Source: Antedon mediterranea (Eukaryota > Animalia > Echinodermata). Taken from it: DNA of 64,000 nucleotides. Positions within the stretch are counted from its first letter, which is position 1. Each line of letters starts with the position of its first letter. Under the pieces are notes generated by a model, which was not told the origin of the DNA, searched no databases, and saw only the letters and a list, made by a program, of their open reading frames with translations. Location of the stretch: assembly GCF_964355755.1 (NCBI RefSeq), contig NC_092679.1, positions 3,192,201 to 3,256,200 on the forward strand, in the 5' to 3' direction. Positions 39,888-53,151 of this stretch are shown one piece after another. A program made the translations under genes and the position numbers.

Positions 39888-40190
39888 CGCTTGAATAAAG
39901 AATATTATATACACCTTTTGTAATGTAGTCAATATTTTGTTAGACAAATTTCATGCAAATACCTAAATGTTGTTTCTGTAATTGACTAAAATGGTAATAG
40001 CGCCACCTATACGTAATTTAAAATCGTAAACAACCCTCGCACGCTTGTGTCAAGCTAGCCGACAATAAGCCAGCCGACAATAAGCCAGCCCACTTTTATT
40101 TTTTCCAGCCGACAATAAGTATGAAACGCCGTTTGTGTATTTTTCACATTTTCAGTATTGCTTAAGGTTTTTATAGTATTAGAAATTCAA

Positions 40191-43100
40191 TATTTGTGAG
40201 AAAATGGTGGATTGCTCCTGGGAGTCACTTGGTGGGATTATACTAGGGGACCTCCTTAATCGTCAAGTATAAGTTAGAGTAGAACCGCTGGTCCTGTTTA
40301 CTCAGCCCTCATCTTTTAAATCTGAGTGTAACTCAATTACGATTTCTAATATTATAGTGAAATTTGATACTGTATTTGTGAGAAAATGGCGGATTGCTCC
40401 TGAGAGTCACTTGGTGGGATTATACTAGGGTACCTCCTTAGTCGTCCAGTATAAGTTAGGGTGGGACCACTAGTCCCGTTTACTCAGCCCTCATCTTTTA
40501 AATCTGAGTGTAACTCAATTACGATTTTTAATATTATAGTGAAATTTGATACTGTAATTGTGAGAAAATGGCGGATTGCTCCTGGGAGTCACTTGGTGGG
40601 ATTATACTAGGGTACCTCCTTAGTCGTCCAGTATAAGTTAGAGTAGGACCACTGGTCCTGTTTACTCAGCCCTCATCTTTTAAATCTGAGTGTAACTCAA
40701 TTACGATTTTTCATATTATAGTGAAATTTGATACTGTATTTGTGAGAAAATGGCGGATTGCTCCTAGGAGTCACTTGGTGGGATTATACTAGGGGACCTC
40801 CTTAATCGTCAAGTATAAGTTAGAGTAGAACCGCTGGTCCTGTTTACTCAGCCCTCATCTTTTAAATCTGAGTGTAACTCAATTACGATTTTTAATATTA
40901 TAGTGAAATTTGATACTGTATTTGTGAGAAAATGGCGGATTGCTCCTGGGAGTCACTTGGTGGGATTATACTAGGGTACCTCCTTAGTCGTCCAGTATAA
41001 GTTAGAGTAGGACCACTGGTCCTGTTTACTCAGCCCTCATCTTTTAAATCTGAGTGTAACTCAATTACGATTTTTAATATTATAGTGAAATTTGATACTG
41101 TATTTGTGAGAAAATGGCGGATTGCTCCTGGGAGTCACTTGGTTGGATTATACTATGGTACTTCCTTAGTCGTCCAGTATAAGTTAGAGTAGGACCGCTG
41201 GCCCTGTTTACTCAGCCCTCATCTTTTAAATCTGAGTGTAACTCAATTACGATCTTTAATATTATAGTGAAATTTGATACTGTATTTGTGAGAAAATGGC
41301 GGATTGCTCCTAGGAGTCCCTTGGTGGGATTATACTAGGGGACCTCCTTAATCGTCCAGTATAAGTTAGAATAGGACCGCTGGTCCCGTTTACTCAGCAG
41401 CCCTCATCTTTTAAATCTGAGTGTAACTCAATTACGATTTTTTATATAGTGAAATTTGATACTGTATTTGTGAGAAAATGTCGTCCTTAATCGTCAAGTA
41501 TAAGTTAGAGTAGAACCGCTGGTCCTGTTTACTCAGCCCTCATCTTTTAAATCTGAGTGTAACTCAATTACGATTTTTAATATTATAGTGAAATTTGATA
41601 CTGTATTTGTGAGAAAATGGCGGATTGCTCCTGGGAGTCACTTGGTGGGATTATACTAGGGTACCTCCTTAGTCGTCCAGTATAAGTTAGAGTAGGACCA
41701 CTGGTCCTGTTTACTCAGCCCTCCTCTTTTAAATCTGAGTGTAACTCAATTACGATTTTTAATATTATAGAGAAATTTGATACTGTATTTGTGAGAAAAT
41801 GGCGGATTGCTCCTGGGAGTCACTTGGTGGGATTATACTTGGGTACCTCCTTAGTCGTCCAGTATAAGTTAGAGTAAGACCGCTGGTCCTGTTTACTCAG
41901 CCCTCATCTTTTAAATCTGAGTGTAACTCAATTACGATTTTTAATATTATAGAGAAATTTGATACTGTATTTGTGAGAAAATGGCGGATTGCTCCTGGGA
42001 GTCACTTGGTGGGATTATACTTGGGTACCTCCTTAGTCGTCCAGTATAAGTTAGAGTAGGACCGCTGGTCCTGTTTACTCAGCCCTCATCTTTTAATTCT
42101 GAGTGTAACTCAATTACGATTTTTAATATTATAGAGAAATTTGATACTGTATTTGTGAGAAAATGGCGGATTGCTCCTGGGAGTCACTTGGTGGGATTAT
42201 ACTTGGGTACCTCCTTAGTCGTCCAGTATAAGTTAGAGTAAGACCGCTGGTCCTGTTTACTCAGCCCTCATCTTTTAAATCTGAGTGTAACTCAATTACG
42301 ATTTTTAATATTATAGAGAAATTTGATACTGTATTTGTGAGAAAATGGCGGATTGCTCCTGGGAGTCACTTGGTGGGATTATACTTGGGTACCTCCTTAG
42401 TCGTCCAGTATAAGTTAGAGTAGGACCGCTGGTCCTGTTTACTCAGCCCTCATCTTTTAAATCTGAGTGTAACTCAATTACGATTTTTAATATTATAGTG
42501 AAATTTGATACTGTATTTGTGAGAAAATGGCGGATTTCTCCAGGGAGTCATTTGGTGGGATTATACTAGGGTACCTCCTTAGTCGTCCAGTATAAGTTAG
42601 AGTAGGACCGCTGGTCTTGTTTACTCAGCCCTCATCTTTTAATTCTGAGTGTAACTCAATTACGATTTTTAATATTATAGTGAAATTTGATACTGTATTT
42701 GTGAGAAAATGGCGGATTGCTCCTGGGAGTCACTTGGTGGGATTATACTAGGGTACCTCCTTAGTCGTCCAGTATAAGTTAAAGTAGGACCGCTGGTCCC
42801 GTTTACTCAGCCCTCATCTTTTAAATCTGAGTGTAACTCAATTACGATTTTTAATATTATAGTGAAATTTGATACTGTATTTGTGAGAAAATGGCGGATT
42901 ACTCCTGGGTGTCACTTGGTGGGATTATACTAGGGTACCTCTTTAGTCGTCCAGTAAAAGTTAGAGTAGGACCACTGGTCCTGTTTACTCAGCCCTCATC
43001 TTTTAAATGTGAGTGTAACTCAATTACGATTTTTAATATTATAGTGAAATTTGATACTGTATTTGTGAGAAAATGGCGGATTGCTCCTGGGAGTCACTTG

Positions 43101-46100
43101 GTGGGATTATACTTGGGTACCTCCTTAGTCCTCCAGTATAAGTTAGAGTAGGACCGCTGGCCCTGTTGACTCAGCCCTCATCTTTTAAATCTGAGTGTAA
43201 CTCAATTATGATCTATAATATTATAGTGAAATTTGATACTGTATTTGTGAGAAAATGGCGGATTGCTCCTGGGAGTCACTTGGTGGGATTATACTAGGGT
43301 ACCTCCTTAGTCGTCCAGTATAAGTTAGGGTGGGACCACTGGTCCCGTTGACTCAGCCCTCATCTTTTAAATCTGAGTGTAACTCAATTAAGATCTTTAA
43401 TATTATAGTGAAATTTGATACTGTATTTGTGAGAAAATGGCGGAATGCTCATGGGAGTCACTTGGTGGGATTATACTAGGGGACCTCCTTAATCGTCCAG
43501 TATAAGTTAGAGTAGGACCGCTGGTCCCGTTTGCTCAGCCCTCATCTTTTAAATCTGAGTGTAACTCAATTACAATTTTTTATATAGTGAAATTTGATAC
43601 TGTATTTGTGAAAAAATGGCGGATTGCTCCTGGGAGTCACTTGGTGGGATTATACTAGGGTACCTCCTTAGTCGTCCAGTATAAGTTAGAGTAGGACCGC
43701 TGGTCCTGTTTACTCAGCCCTCATCTTTTAAATCTGAGTGTAACTCAATTACGATCTTTAATATTATAGTGAAATTTGATACTGTATTTGTGAGAAAATG
43801 GCGGATTGCTCCTAGGAGTCACTTGGTGGGATTATACTAGGGTACCTCCTTAATCGTCCAGTATAAGTTAGAGTAGGACCGCTGGTCCCGTTTACTCAGC
43901 CCTAATCTTTTAAATCTGAGTGTAACTCAATTACGATTTTTTATATAGTGAAATTTGATACTGTATTTGTGAGAAAATGGCGGTTTGCTCCTGGGAGTCA
44001 CTTGGTGGGATTATACTAGGGTACCTCCTTAGTCGTCCAGTATAAGTTAGAGTAGAACCGCTGGTCTTGTTTACTCAGCCCTCATCTTTTAATTCTGAGT
44101 GTAACTCAATTACGATTTTTAATATTATAGTGAAATTTGATACTGTATTTGTGAGAAAATGGCGGATTGCTCCTGGGAGTCACTTGGTGGGATTATACTA
44201 GGGTACCTACTTAGTCGTCCAGTATAAGTTAGGGTGGGACCACTGGTCCCGTTTACTCAGCCCTCATCTTTTAAATCTGAGTGTAACTCAATTCCGATTT
44301 TTAATAATTATAATGAAATTTGATACTGTATTGGTGAGAAAATGGCGGATTGCTCCTGGGAGTCACTTGGTGGGATTATACTAGGGTACCTCCTCTGTCG
44401 TCCAGTATAAGTTAGAGTAGGACCGCTGGTCCTGTTTACTCAGCCCTCATCTTTTAAATCTATCTGAGTGTAACTCAATTACGATTTTTAATATTATAGT
44501 GAAATTTGATACTGTATTTGTGAGAAAATGGCGGATTGCTCCTGGGAGTCACTTGGTTGGATTATACTAGGGTACCTCCTTAGTGGTTCAGTATAAGTTA
44601 GAGTAGGACCGCTGGCCCTGTTTACTCAGCCCTCATCTTTTAAATCTGAGTGTAACTCAAATACGATCTTTAATATTATAGTGAAATTTGATACTGTATT
44701 TGTGAGAAAATGGCGGATTGCTCCTAGGAGTCACTTGGTGGGATTATACTAGGGGAACTCCTTAATCGTCCAGTATAAGTTAGAGTAGAACCGCTGGCCC
44801 TGTTGACTCAGCCCTCATCTTTTAAATCTGAGTGTAACTCAATTACGATCTTTAATATTATAGTGAAATTTGATACTGTATTTGTGAGAAAATGGCGGAT
44901 TGCTCCTGGGAGTCACTTGGTGGGATTATACTAGGGGACTTCCTTAATCGTCCAGTAGAAGTTAGAGTAGGACCGCTGGTCCCGTTTACTCAGCCCTCGT
45001 CTTTTAAATTTGAGTGTAACTCAATTACAATTTTTTATATAGTGAAATTTGATACTGTATTTGTGAGAAAATAGCGGATTGCTCATGGGAATCACTTGGT
45101 GGGATTATTATACTAGGGTACCTCCTTAGTCGTCCAGTATAAGTTAGAGTAGGACTGCTGGTCTTGTTTACTCAGCCCTCATCTTTTAAATCTGAGTGTA
45201 ACTCAATTACGATTTTTAATATTATAGTGAAATTTGATACTGTATTTGTGAGAAAATGGCGGATTGCTCCTGGGAGTCACTTGGTGGAATTATACTAGGG
45301 TACCTCTTTAGTCGTCCAGTAAAAGTTAGAGTAGGACCACTGGTTCTGTTTACTCAGCCCTCATCTTTTAAATCTGAGTGTAACTCAATTACGATTTTTA
45401 ATATTATAGTGAAATTTGATACTGTATTTGTGAGAAAATGGCGGATTGCTCCTGGGAGTCACTTTGTGGGATTATACTTGGGTACCATCTTAGTCGTCCA
45501 GTATAAGTTAGAGTAGGACCGCTGGCCCTGTTGACTCAGCCCTCATCTTTTAAATCTGAGTGTAATTCAATTACGATCTTTAATATTATAGTGAAATTTG
45601 ATACTGTATTTGTGAGAAAATGGCGGATTGCTCCTGGGAGTCACTTGGTGGGATTATACTAGGGTACCTCTTTAGTCGTCCAGTAAAAGTTAGAGTAGGA
45701 CCACTGGTCCTGTTTACTCAGCCCTCATCTTTTAAATCTGAGTGTAACTCAATTACAATTTTTTATATAGTGAAATTTGATACTGTATTTGTGAGAAAAT
45801 GGCGGATTGCTCCTGGAAGTCACTCGGTGGGATTATACTAGGGTACCTCCTTAGTTGTCCTGTATAAGTTAGAGTAGGACCACTGGTCCTGTTTACTCAG
45901 CCCTCATCTTTTAAATCTGAGTGTAACTCAATTACGATTTTTAATATTATAGTGAAATTTGGTACTGTATTTGTGAGAAAACGGCGGATTGCTCCTGGAA
46001 GTCACTCGGTGGGATTATACTAGGGTACCTCCTCAGTTGTCCTGTATAAGTTAGAGTAGGGCCGCTGGTCTTGTTTACTCAGCCCTCATCTTTTAAATCT

Positions 46101-46866
46101 GAGTGTAACTCAATTACGATTTTTAATATTATAGTGAAATTTGATACTGTATTTGTGAGAAAATGGCGGATTGCTCCTGGGAGTCAACTGGTGGGATTAT
46201 ACTAGGGTACGTCCTTAGTCGTCCAGTATAAGTTAGGGTGGGACCGCTGGCCCTGTTTACTCACCCCTCACCTTTTAAATCTGAGTGTAACTCAATTACG
46301 GTCTTTAATATTATAGTGAAATTTGATACTGTATTTGTGCGAAAATGGCGGATTGCTCCTAGGAGTCACTTGGTGGGATTATACTAGGGGACCTCCTTAA
46401 TCGTCCAGTATAAGTTAGAGTAGGACCGCTGGTCCCGTTTACTCAGCCCTCATCTTTTAAATCTGAGTGTAACTCAATTACAATTTTTTATATAGTGAAA
46501 TTTGATACTGTATTTGTGAGAAAATAGCGGATTGCTCCTGGGAGTCACTTGGTGGGATTATACTAGGGTACCTCCTTAGTCGTCCAGTATAAGTTAGAGT
46601 AGGACCACTGGTCCTGTTTACTCAGCCCTCATCTTTTAAATCTATCTGAGTGTAACTCAATTACGATTTTTAATATTATAGTGAAATTTGATACTGTATT
46701 TGTGAGGAAATGGCGGATTGCTCCTGGGAGTCACTTGGTGGGATTATACTTGGGTACCTCCTTAGTCGTCCAGTATAAGTTAGAGTAGGACCGCTGGTCC
46801 TGTTTACTCAGCCCTCATCTTTTAAATCTGAGTGTAACTCAATTACGATTTTTAAATATATAGAAA
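40191..46866 (+). repeat. 182-bp tandem satellite, left arm, about 36-37 units
   Basis: The aaaatgg(c/t)ggattgctcc ATG recurs at 40204, 40386 and 40568 (period 182). 179-bp variants occur, with one internally deleted unit near 41480. Confidence 0.97.
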
Positions 46867-46870
46867 TCCC

Positions 46871-49800
46871 CCGTTTTCTCACAAATACAGTACCAAATTT
46901 CACTATAATATTTAAAATCGTAATTGAGTTACACTCAGATTTAAAAGATGAGGGCTGAGTAAACAGGACCAGCGGGCCTACTCTAACTTATACTGGACGA
47001 CTAAGGAGGTACCCTAGTATAATCCCACCAAGTGACTTCCAGGAGCAATCCGCCATTTTCTCACAAATACAGTATCAAATTTCACTATATAAAAAATTGT
47101 AATTGAGTTACACTCAGATTTAAAAGATGAGGGCTGAGTAAACGGGACCAGCGGTCCTACTCTAACTTATACTGGACGATTAAGCAGGTCCCCTAGTATA
47201 ATCCCACCAAGTGACTCCCAGGAGCAATCCGCCATTTTCTCACAAATACAGTATCAAATTTCACTATAATATTAAAGATCGTAATTGAGTTACACTCAGA
47301 TTTAAAAGATGAGGGCTGAGTCAACAGGGCCAGCGGTCCTACTCTAACTTATACTGGACGACTCAGGAGGTACCCAAGTATAATCCCACCAAGTGACTCC
47401 CAGGAGCAATCCGCCATTTTCTCACAAATACAGTATCAAATTTCACTGTAATATTAAAGATCGTAATTGAGTTACACTCAGATTTAAAAGATGAGGGCTG
47501 AGTCAACAGGGCCAGCGGTCATACTCTAACTTATACTGGACGACTCAGGAGGTACCCAAGTATAATCCCACCAAGTGATTCCCAGGAGCAATCCGCCATT
47601 TTCTCACAAATACAGTATCAAATTTCACTATAAAATTAAAAATCGTAATTGAATTACACTCAGATTTAAAAGATGAGGGCTGAGTAAACAGGACCAGTGG
47701 TCCTACTCTAACTTATACTGGACGACTAAGGAGGTACCCTAGTATAATCCCACCAAGTGACTCCCAGGAGCAATCCGCCATTTTCTCACAAATACAGTAT
47801 CAAATTTCACTATAACATTAAAAATCGGAATTGAGTTACACTCAGATTTAAAAGATGAGGGCTGAGTAAACGGGACCAGTGGTCCCACCCTAACTTATAC
47901 TGAACGACTAAGGAGGTACCCTAGTATAGTCCCACCATGTGACTCCCAGGAGCAATCCGCCATTTTCTCACAAATACAGTATCAAATTTCACTATAATAT
48001 TAAAAATCGTAATTGAGTTACACTCAGATTTAAAAGATGAGGGCTGAGTAAACGGGACCAGCGGTCCTACTATAACTTATAATGGACGATTAAGGCGTTA
48101 CCCTAGTATAATCCAACAAAGTGACTCCTAGGAGCAATCCGCCATTTTCTCACAAATACAGTATCAAATTTCACTATAATATTAAAGATCGTAATTGAGT
48201 TACACTCAGATTTAAAAGATGAGGGCTGAGTAAACAGGACCAGTTGTCCTACTCTAACTTATACTGGACGACTAAGGAGGTACCCTAGTACAATCCCACC
48301 AAGTGACTCCCAGGAGCAATCCGCCATTTTCTCACAAATACAATATCAAATTTCACTATAATATTAAAGATCGTAATTGAGTTACACTCAGATTTAAAAG
48401 ATGAGGGCTGAGTCAACATTGCCAGCGGTCCTACTCTAACTTATACTGGACGACTAAAGGGGTACCCAAGTATAATCCCACCAAGTGACTCCCAGGAGCA
48501 ATCCGCCATTTTCTCACAAATACAGTATCAAATTTCACTATAATAATAAAAATCGTAATTGAGTTACACTCAGATTTAAAAGATGAGGGCTGAGTAAACA
48601 AGACCAGTGGTCCTACTCTAACTTATACTGAACGACTAAGGAGGTGCCCTAGTATAATCCCACCAAGTGACTCCCAGGAGCAATCCGCCATTTTCTCACA
48701 AATACAGTATCAAATTTCACTATATAAGAAATCGTAATTGAGTTACACTCAGATTTAAAAGATGAGGGCTGAGTAAACAGGGCCAGCGGTCCTACTCTAA
48801 CTTATACTGGACGACTCAGGAGGTACCCAAGTATAATCCCACCAAGTGACTCCCAGGAGCAATCCGCCATTTTCTCACAAATACAGTATCAAATTTCACT
48901 GTAATATTAAAGATCGTAATTGAGTTACACTCAGATTTAAAAGATGAGGGCTGAGTCAACAGGGCCAGCGGTCATACTCTAACTTATACTGGACGACTCA
49001 GGAGGTACCCAAGTATAATCCCACCAAGTGATTCCCAGGAGCAATCCGCCATTTTCTCACAAATACAGTATCAAATTTCACTATAAAATTAAAAATCGTA
49101 ATTGAATTACACTCAGATTTAAAAGATGAGGGCTGAGTAAACAGGACCAGTGGTCCTACTCTAACTTATACTGGACGACTAAGGAGGTACCCTAGTATAA
49201 TCCCACCAAGTGACTCCTAGGAGCAATCCGCCATTTTCTCACAAATACAGTATCAAATTTCACTATAATATTAAAAATCGGAATTGAGTTACACTCAGAT
49301 TTAAAAGATGAGGGCTGAGTAAACGGGACCAGTGGTCCCACCCTAACTTATACTGAACGACTAAGGAGGTACCCTAGTATAGTCCCACCATGTGACTCCC
49401 AGGAGCAATCCGCCATTTTCTCACAAATACAGTATCAAATTTCACTATAATATTAAAAATCGTAATTGAGTTACACTCAGATTTAAAAGATGAGGGCTGA
49501 GTAAACGGGACCAGCGGTCCTACTATAACTTATAATGGACGATTAAGGCGTTACCCTAGTATAATCCAACAAAGTGACTCCTAGGAGCAATCCGCCATTT
49601 TCTCACAAATACAGTATCAAATTTCACTATAATATTAAAGATCGTAATTGAGTTACACTCAGATTTAAAAGATGAGGGCTGAGTAAACAGGACCAGTTGT
49701 CCTACTCTAACTTATACTGGACGACTAAGGAGGTACCCTAGTACAATCCCACCAAGTGACTCCCAGGAGCAATCCGCCATTTTCTCACAAATACAATATC

Positions 49801-52800
49801 AAATTTCACTATAATATTAAAGATCGTAATTGAGTTACACTCAGATTTAAAAGATGAGGGCTGAGTCAACATTGCCAGCGGTCCTACTCTAACTTATACT
49901 GGACGACTAAGGGGGTACCCAAGTATAATCCCACCAAGTGACTCCCAGGAGCAATCCGCCATTTTCTCACAAATACAGTATCAAATTTCACTATAATAAT
50001 AAAAATCGTAATTGAGTTACACTCAGATTTAAAAGATGAGGGCTGAGTAAACAAGACCAGTGGTCCTACTCTAACTTATACTGGACGACTAAGGAGGTGC
50101 CCTAGTATAATCCCACCAAGTGACTCCCAGGAGCAATCCGCCATTTTCTCACAAATACAGTATCAAATTTCACTATATAAGAAATCGTAATTGAGTTACA
50201 CTCAGATTTAAAAGATGAGGGCTGAGTAAACGGGACCAGCGGTCCTACTATAACTTATAATGGACGATTAAGGCGTTACCCTGGTATAATCCAACCAAGT
50301 GACTCCTAGGAGCAATCCGCCATTTTCTCACAAATACAGTATCAAATTTCACTATAATATTAAAGATCGTAATTGAGTTACACTCAGATTTAAAAGATGA
50401 GGGCTGAGTAAACAGGACCAGTGGTCCTACTCTAACTTATACTGGACGACTAAGGAGGTACCCTAGTACAATCCCACCAAGTGACTCCCAGGAGCAATCC
50501 GCCATTTTCTCACAAATACAATATCAAATTTCACTATAATATTAAAGATCGTAATTGAGTTACACTCAGATTTAAAAGATGAGGGCTGAGTCAAAAAGGC
50601 CAGCGGTCCTACTCTAACTTATACTGGACGACTAAGGGGGTACCCAAGTATAATCCAACCAAGTGACTCCCAGGAGCAATCCGTCATTTTCTCACAAATA
50701 CAGTATCAAATTTCACTATAATATTAAAAATCGTAATTGAGTTACACTCAGATTTAAAAGATGAGGGCTGAGTAAACAAGACCAGTGGTCCTACTCTAAC
50801 TTATACTGGACGACTAAGGAGGTGCCCTAGTATAATCCCACCAAGTGACTCCCAGGAGCAATCCGCCATTTTCTCACAAATACAGTATCAAATTTCACTA
50901 TATAAGAAATCGTAATTGAGTTACACTCAGGTTTAAAAGATGAGGGCTGAGTAAACGGGACCAGCGGTCCTACTCTAACTTATACTTGACGATTAAGGAG
51001 GTCCCCTAGTATAATCCCACCAAGTGACTCCTAGGAGCAATCCGCAATTTTCTCACAAATACAGTATCAAATTTCACTATAATATTAAAGATCGTAATTG
51101 AGTTACACTCAGATTTAAAAGATGAGGGCTGAGTAAACAGGACCAGCGGTCCTACCCTAACTTATACTGGACGACTAAGGAGGTACCCTAGTATAATCCC
51201 ACCAAGTGACTCCCAGGAGCAATCCGCCATTTTCTCACAAATACAGTATCAAATTTCACTATAATATTAAAAATCGGAATTGAGTTACACTCAGATTTAA
51301 AAGATGAGGGCTGAGTAAACGGGACCAGTGGTCCCACCCTAACTTATACTGGACGACTAAGGAGTTACCCTAGTATAATCCCACGAAGTGACTCCCGGGA
51401 GCAATCCGCCATTTTCTCACAAATACAGTATCAAATTTCACTATATAAAAAATCGTAATTGAGTTACACTCAGATTTAAAAGATGAGGGCTGAGTAAACG
51501 GGACCAGCGGTCCTACTCTAACTTATACTGGACGATTAAGGAGGTCCCTTAGTATAATCCCACCAAGTGACTCCCAGGACAAATCCGCCATTTTTTCACA
51601 AATACAGTATCAAATTTCACTATAATAAAATTAAAGATCGTAATTGAGTTACACTCAGATTTAAAAGATGAGGGCTGAGTAAACAGGACCAGTGGTCCTA
51701 CTCTAACTTATACTGAATGACTAAGGAGGTACCCTAGTATAATCCCACCAAGTGACTCCCAGGAGCAATCCGCCATTTTCTCACAAATACAGTATCAAAT
51801 TTCACTATAATATTAAAAATCGTAATTGAGTTACACTCAGATTTAAAAGATGAGGGCTGAGTAAACGGGACCAGTGGTCCCACCCTAACTTATACTGGAC
51901 GACTAAGGACGTACCCTAGTATAATCCCACCAAGTGACTCCCAGGAGCAATCCGCCATTTTCTCACAAATACAGTATCAAATTTCACTATAATATTAAAA
52001 ATCGTAATTGAGTTACACTCAGATTTAAAAGATGAGGGCTGAGTAAACAAGACCAGCGGTCCTACTCTAACTTATACTGGACAACTAAGGAGGTACCCTA
52101 GTATAATCCCACCGAGTGACTTCCAGGAGCAATCCGCCATTTTCTCACAAATACAGTATCAAATTTTACTATAATATTAAAAATCGTAATTGAGTTACAC
52201 TTAGAATTAAAAGATGAGGGCTGAGTAAACAAGACCAGCGGTCCTACTCTAACTTATACTGGACGACTAAGGAGGTACCCTAGTATAATCCCACCAAGTG
52301 ACTCCCAGGAGCAATCCGCCATTTTCTCACAAATACAGTATCAAATTTCACTATATAAAAAATCGTAATTGAATTACACTCAGATTTAAAAGATGAGGGC
52401 TGAGTAAACGGGACCAGCGGTCCTACTCTAACTTATACTGGACGATTAAGGAGGTCCCCTAGTATAATCCCACCAAGTGACTCCTAGGAGCAATCCGCCA
52501 TTTTCTCACAAATACAGTATCAAATTTCACTATAATATTAAAAATCGTAATTGAGTTACACTCAGATTTAAAAGATGAGGGCTGAGTAAACAGGACCAGC
52601 GGTCCTACTCTAACTTATACTGGACGACAAAGGAGGCACCCTAGTATAATCCCACCAAGTGACTCCCAGGAGCAATCCGCCATTTTCTCACAAATACAGT
52701 ATCAAATTTCACTATAATATTAAAAATCGGAATTGAGTTACACTCAGATTTAAAAGATGAGGGCTGAGTAAACGGGACCAGTGGTCCCACCCTAACTTAT

Positions 52801-52879
52801 ACTGGACGACTAAGTAGGTACCCTAATATAATTCCACCAAGTGACTCCCAGGAGCAATCCGCCATTTTCTCACAAATAT
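46871..52879 (-). repeat. 182-bp tandem satellite, right arm (inverted), about 33 units
   Basis: Reverse complement of the left-arm unit (ggagcaatccgccattttctcacaaatacagtatcaaatttcac...). Confidence 0.97.
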
Positions 52880-53151
52880 TGAATTTCTAATACTATAAAA
52901 ACCTTAAATACTGAAAATGTGAAAAATACACAAACGGCGTTTCATAGTTATTGTCGGCTGGAAAAAATAAAAGTGGGCTGGCTTATTGTCGGCTGGCTTA
53001 TTGTCGGCTAGCTTGACACAAGCCCCTCGCACTGAATCGGTTGCGTTGTGAATCTAATCGCGATAACAACACTGGCCTAGAAATTTCTAGAAACCGACAT
53101 CAAGTAGTATTTTCTCTGCAAAAAGTCAATAAATCAGCTTGCCGTTACAAA

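Larger units (their letters stand above)
40043..53023. mobile_element. Giant non-autonomous foldback (Mutator-like) transposon with satellite-filled inverted arms
   Basis: Perfect 9-bp TSD ccctcgcac (40034-40042 and 53024-53032); termini gcttgtgtcaagctagccgacaataagcc / ggcttattgtcggctagcttgacacaagc; about 150-bp terminal domains, then opposed 182-bp arrays; no transposase ORF. Confidence 0.93.

Noticed and set aside
42891-45841. ORFs MADCSWESLGG... in the satellite
   Set aside because: Chance read-through of a 182-bp unit (not a multiple of 3); most units have stops.
40191-52879. CRISPR array or rDNA/tRNA/snRNA gene array
   Set aside because: Units are contiguous with no unique spacers, the context is eukaryotic, and I see no similarity to 5S, tRNA or snRNA sequences.
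53041-53151. N-terminal extension of DNAAF2 in the ORF track
   Set aside because: Starts at TTG; homology and a good acaaaATG context begin at 53152.
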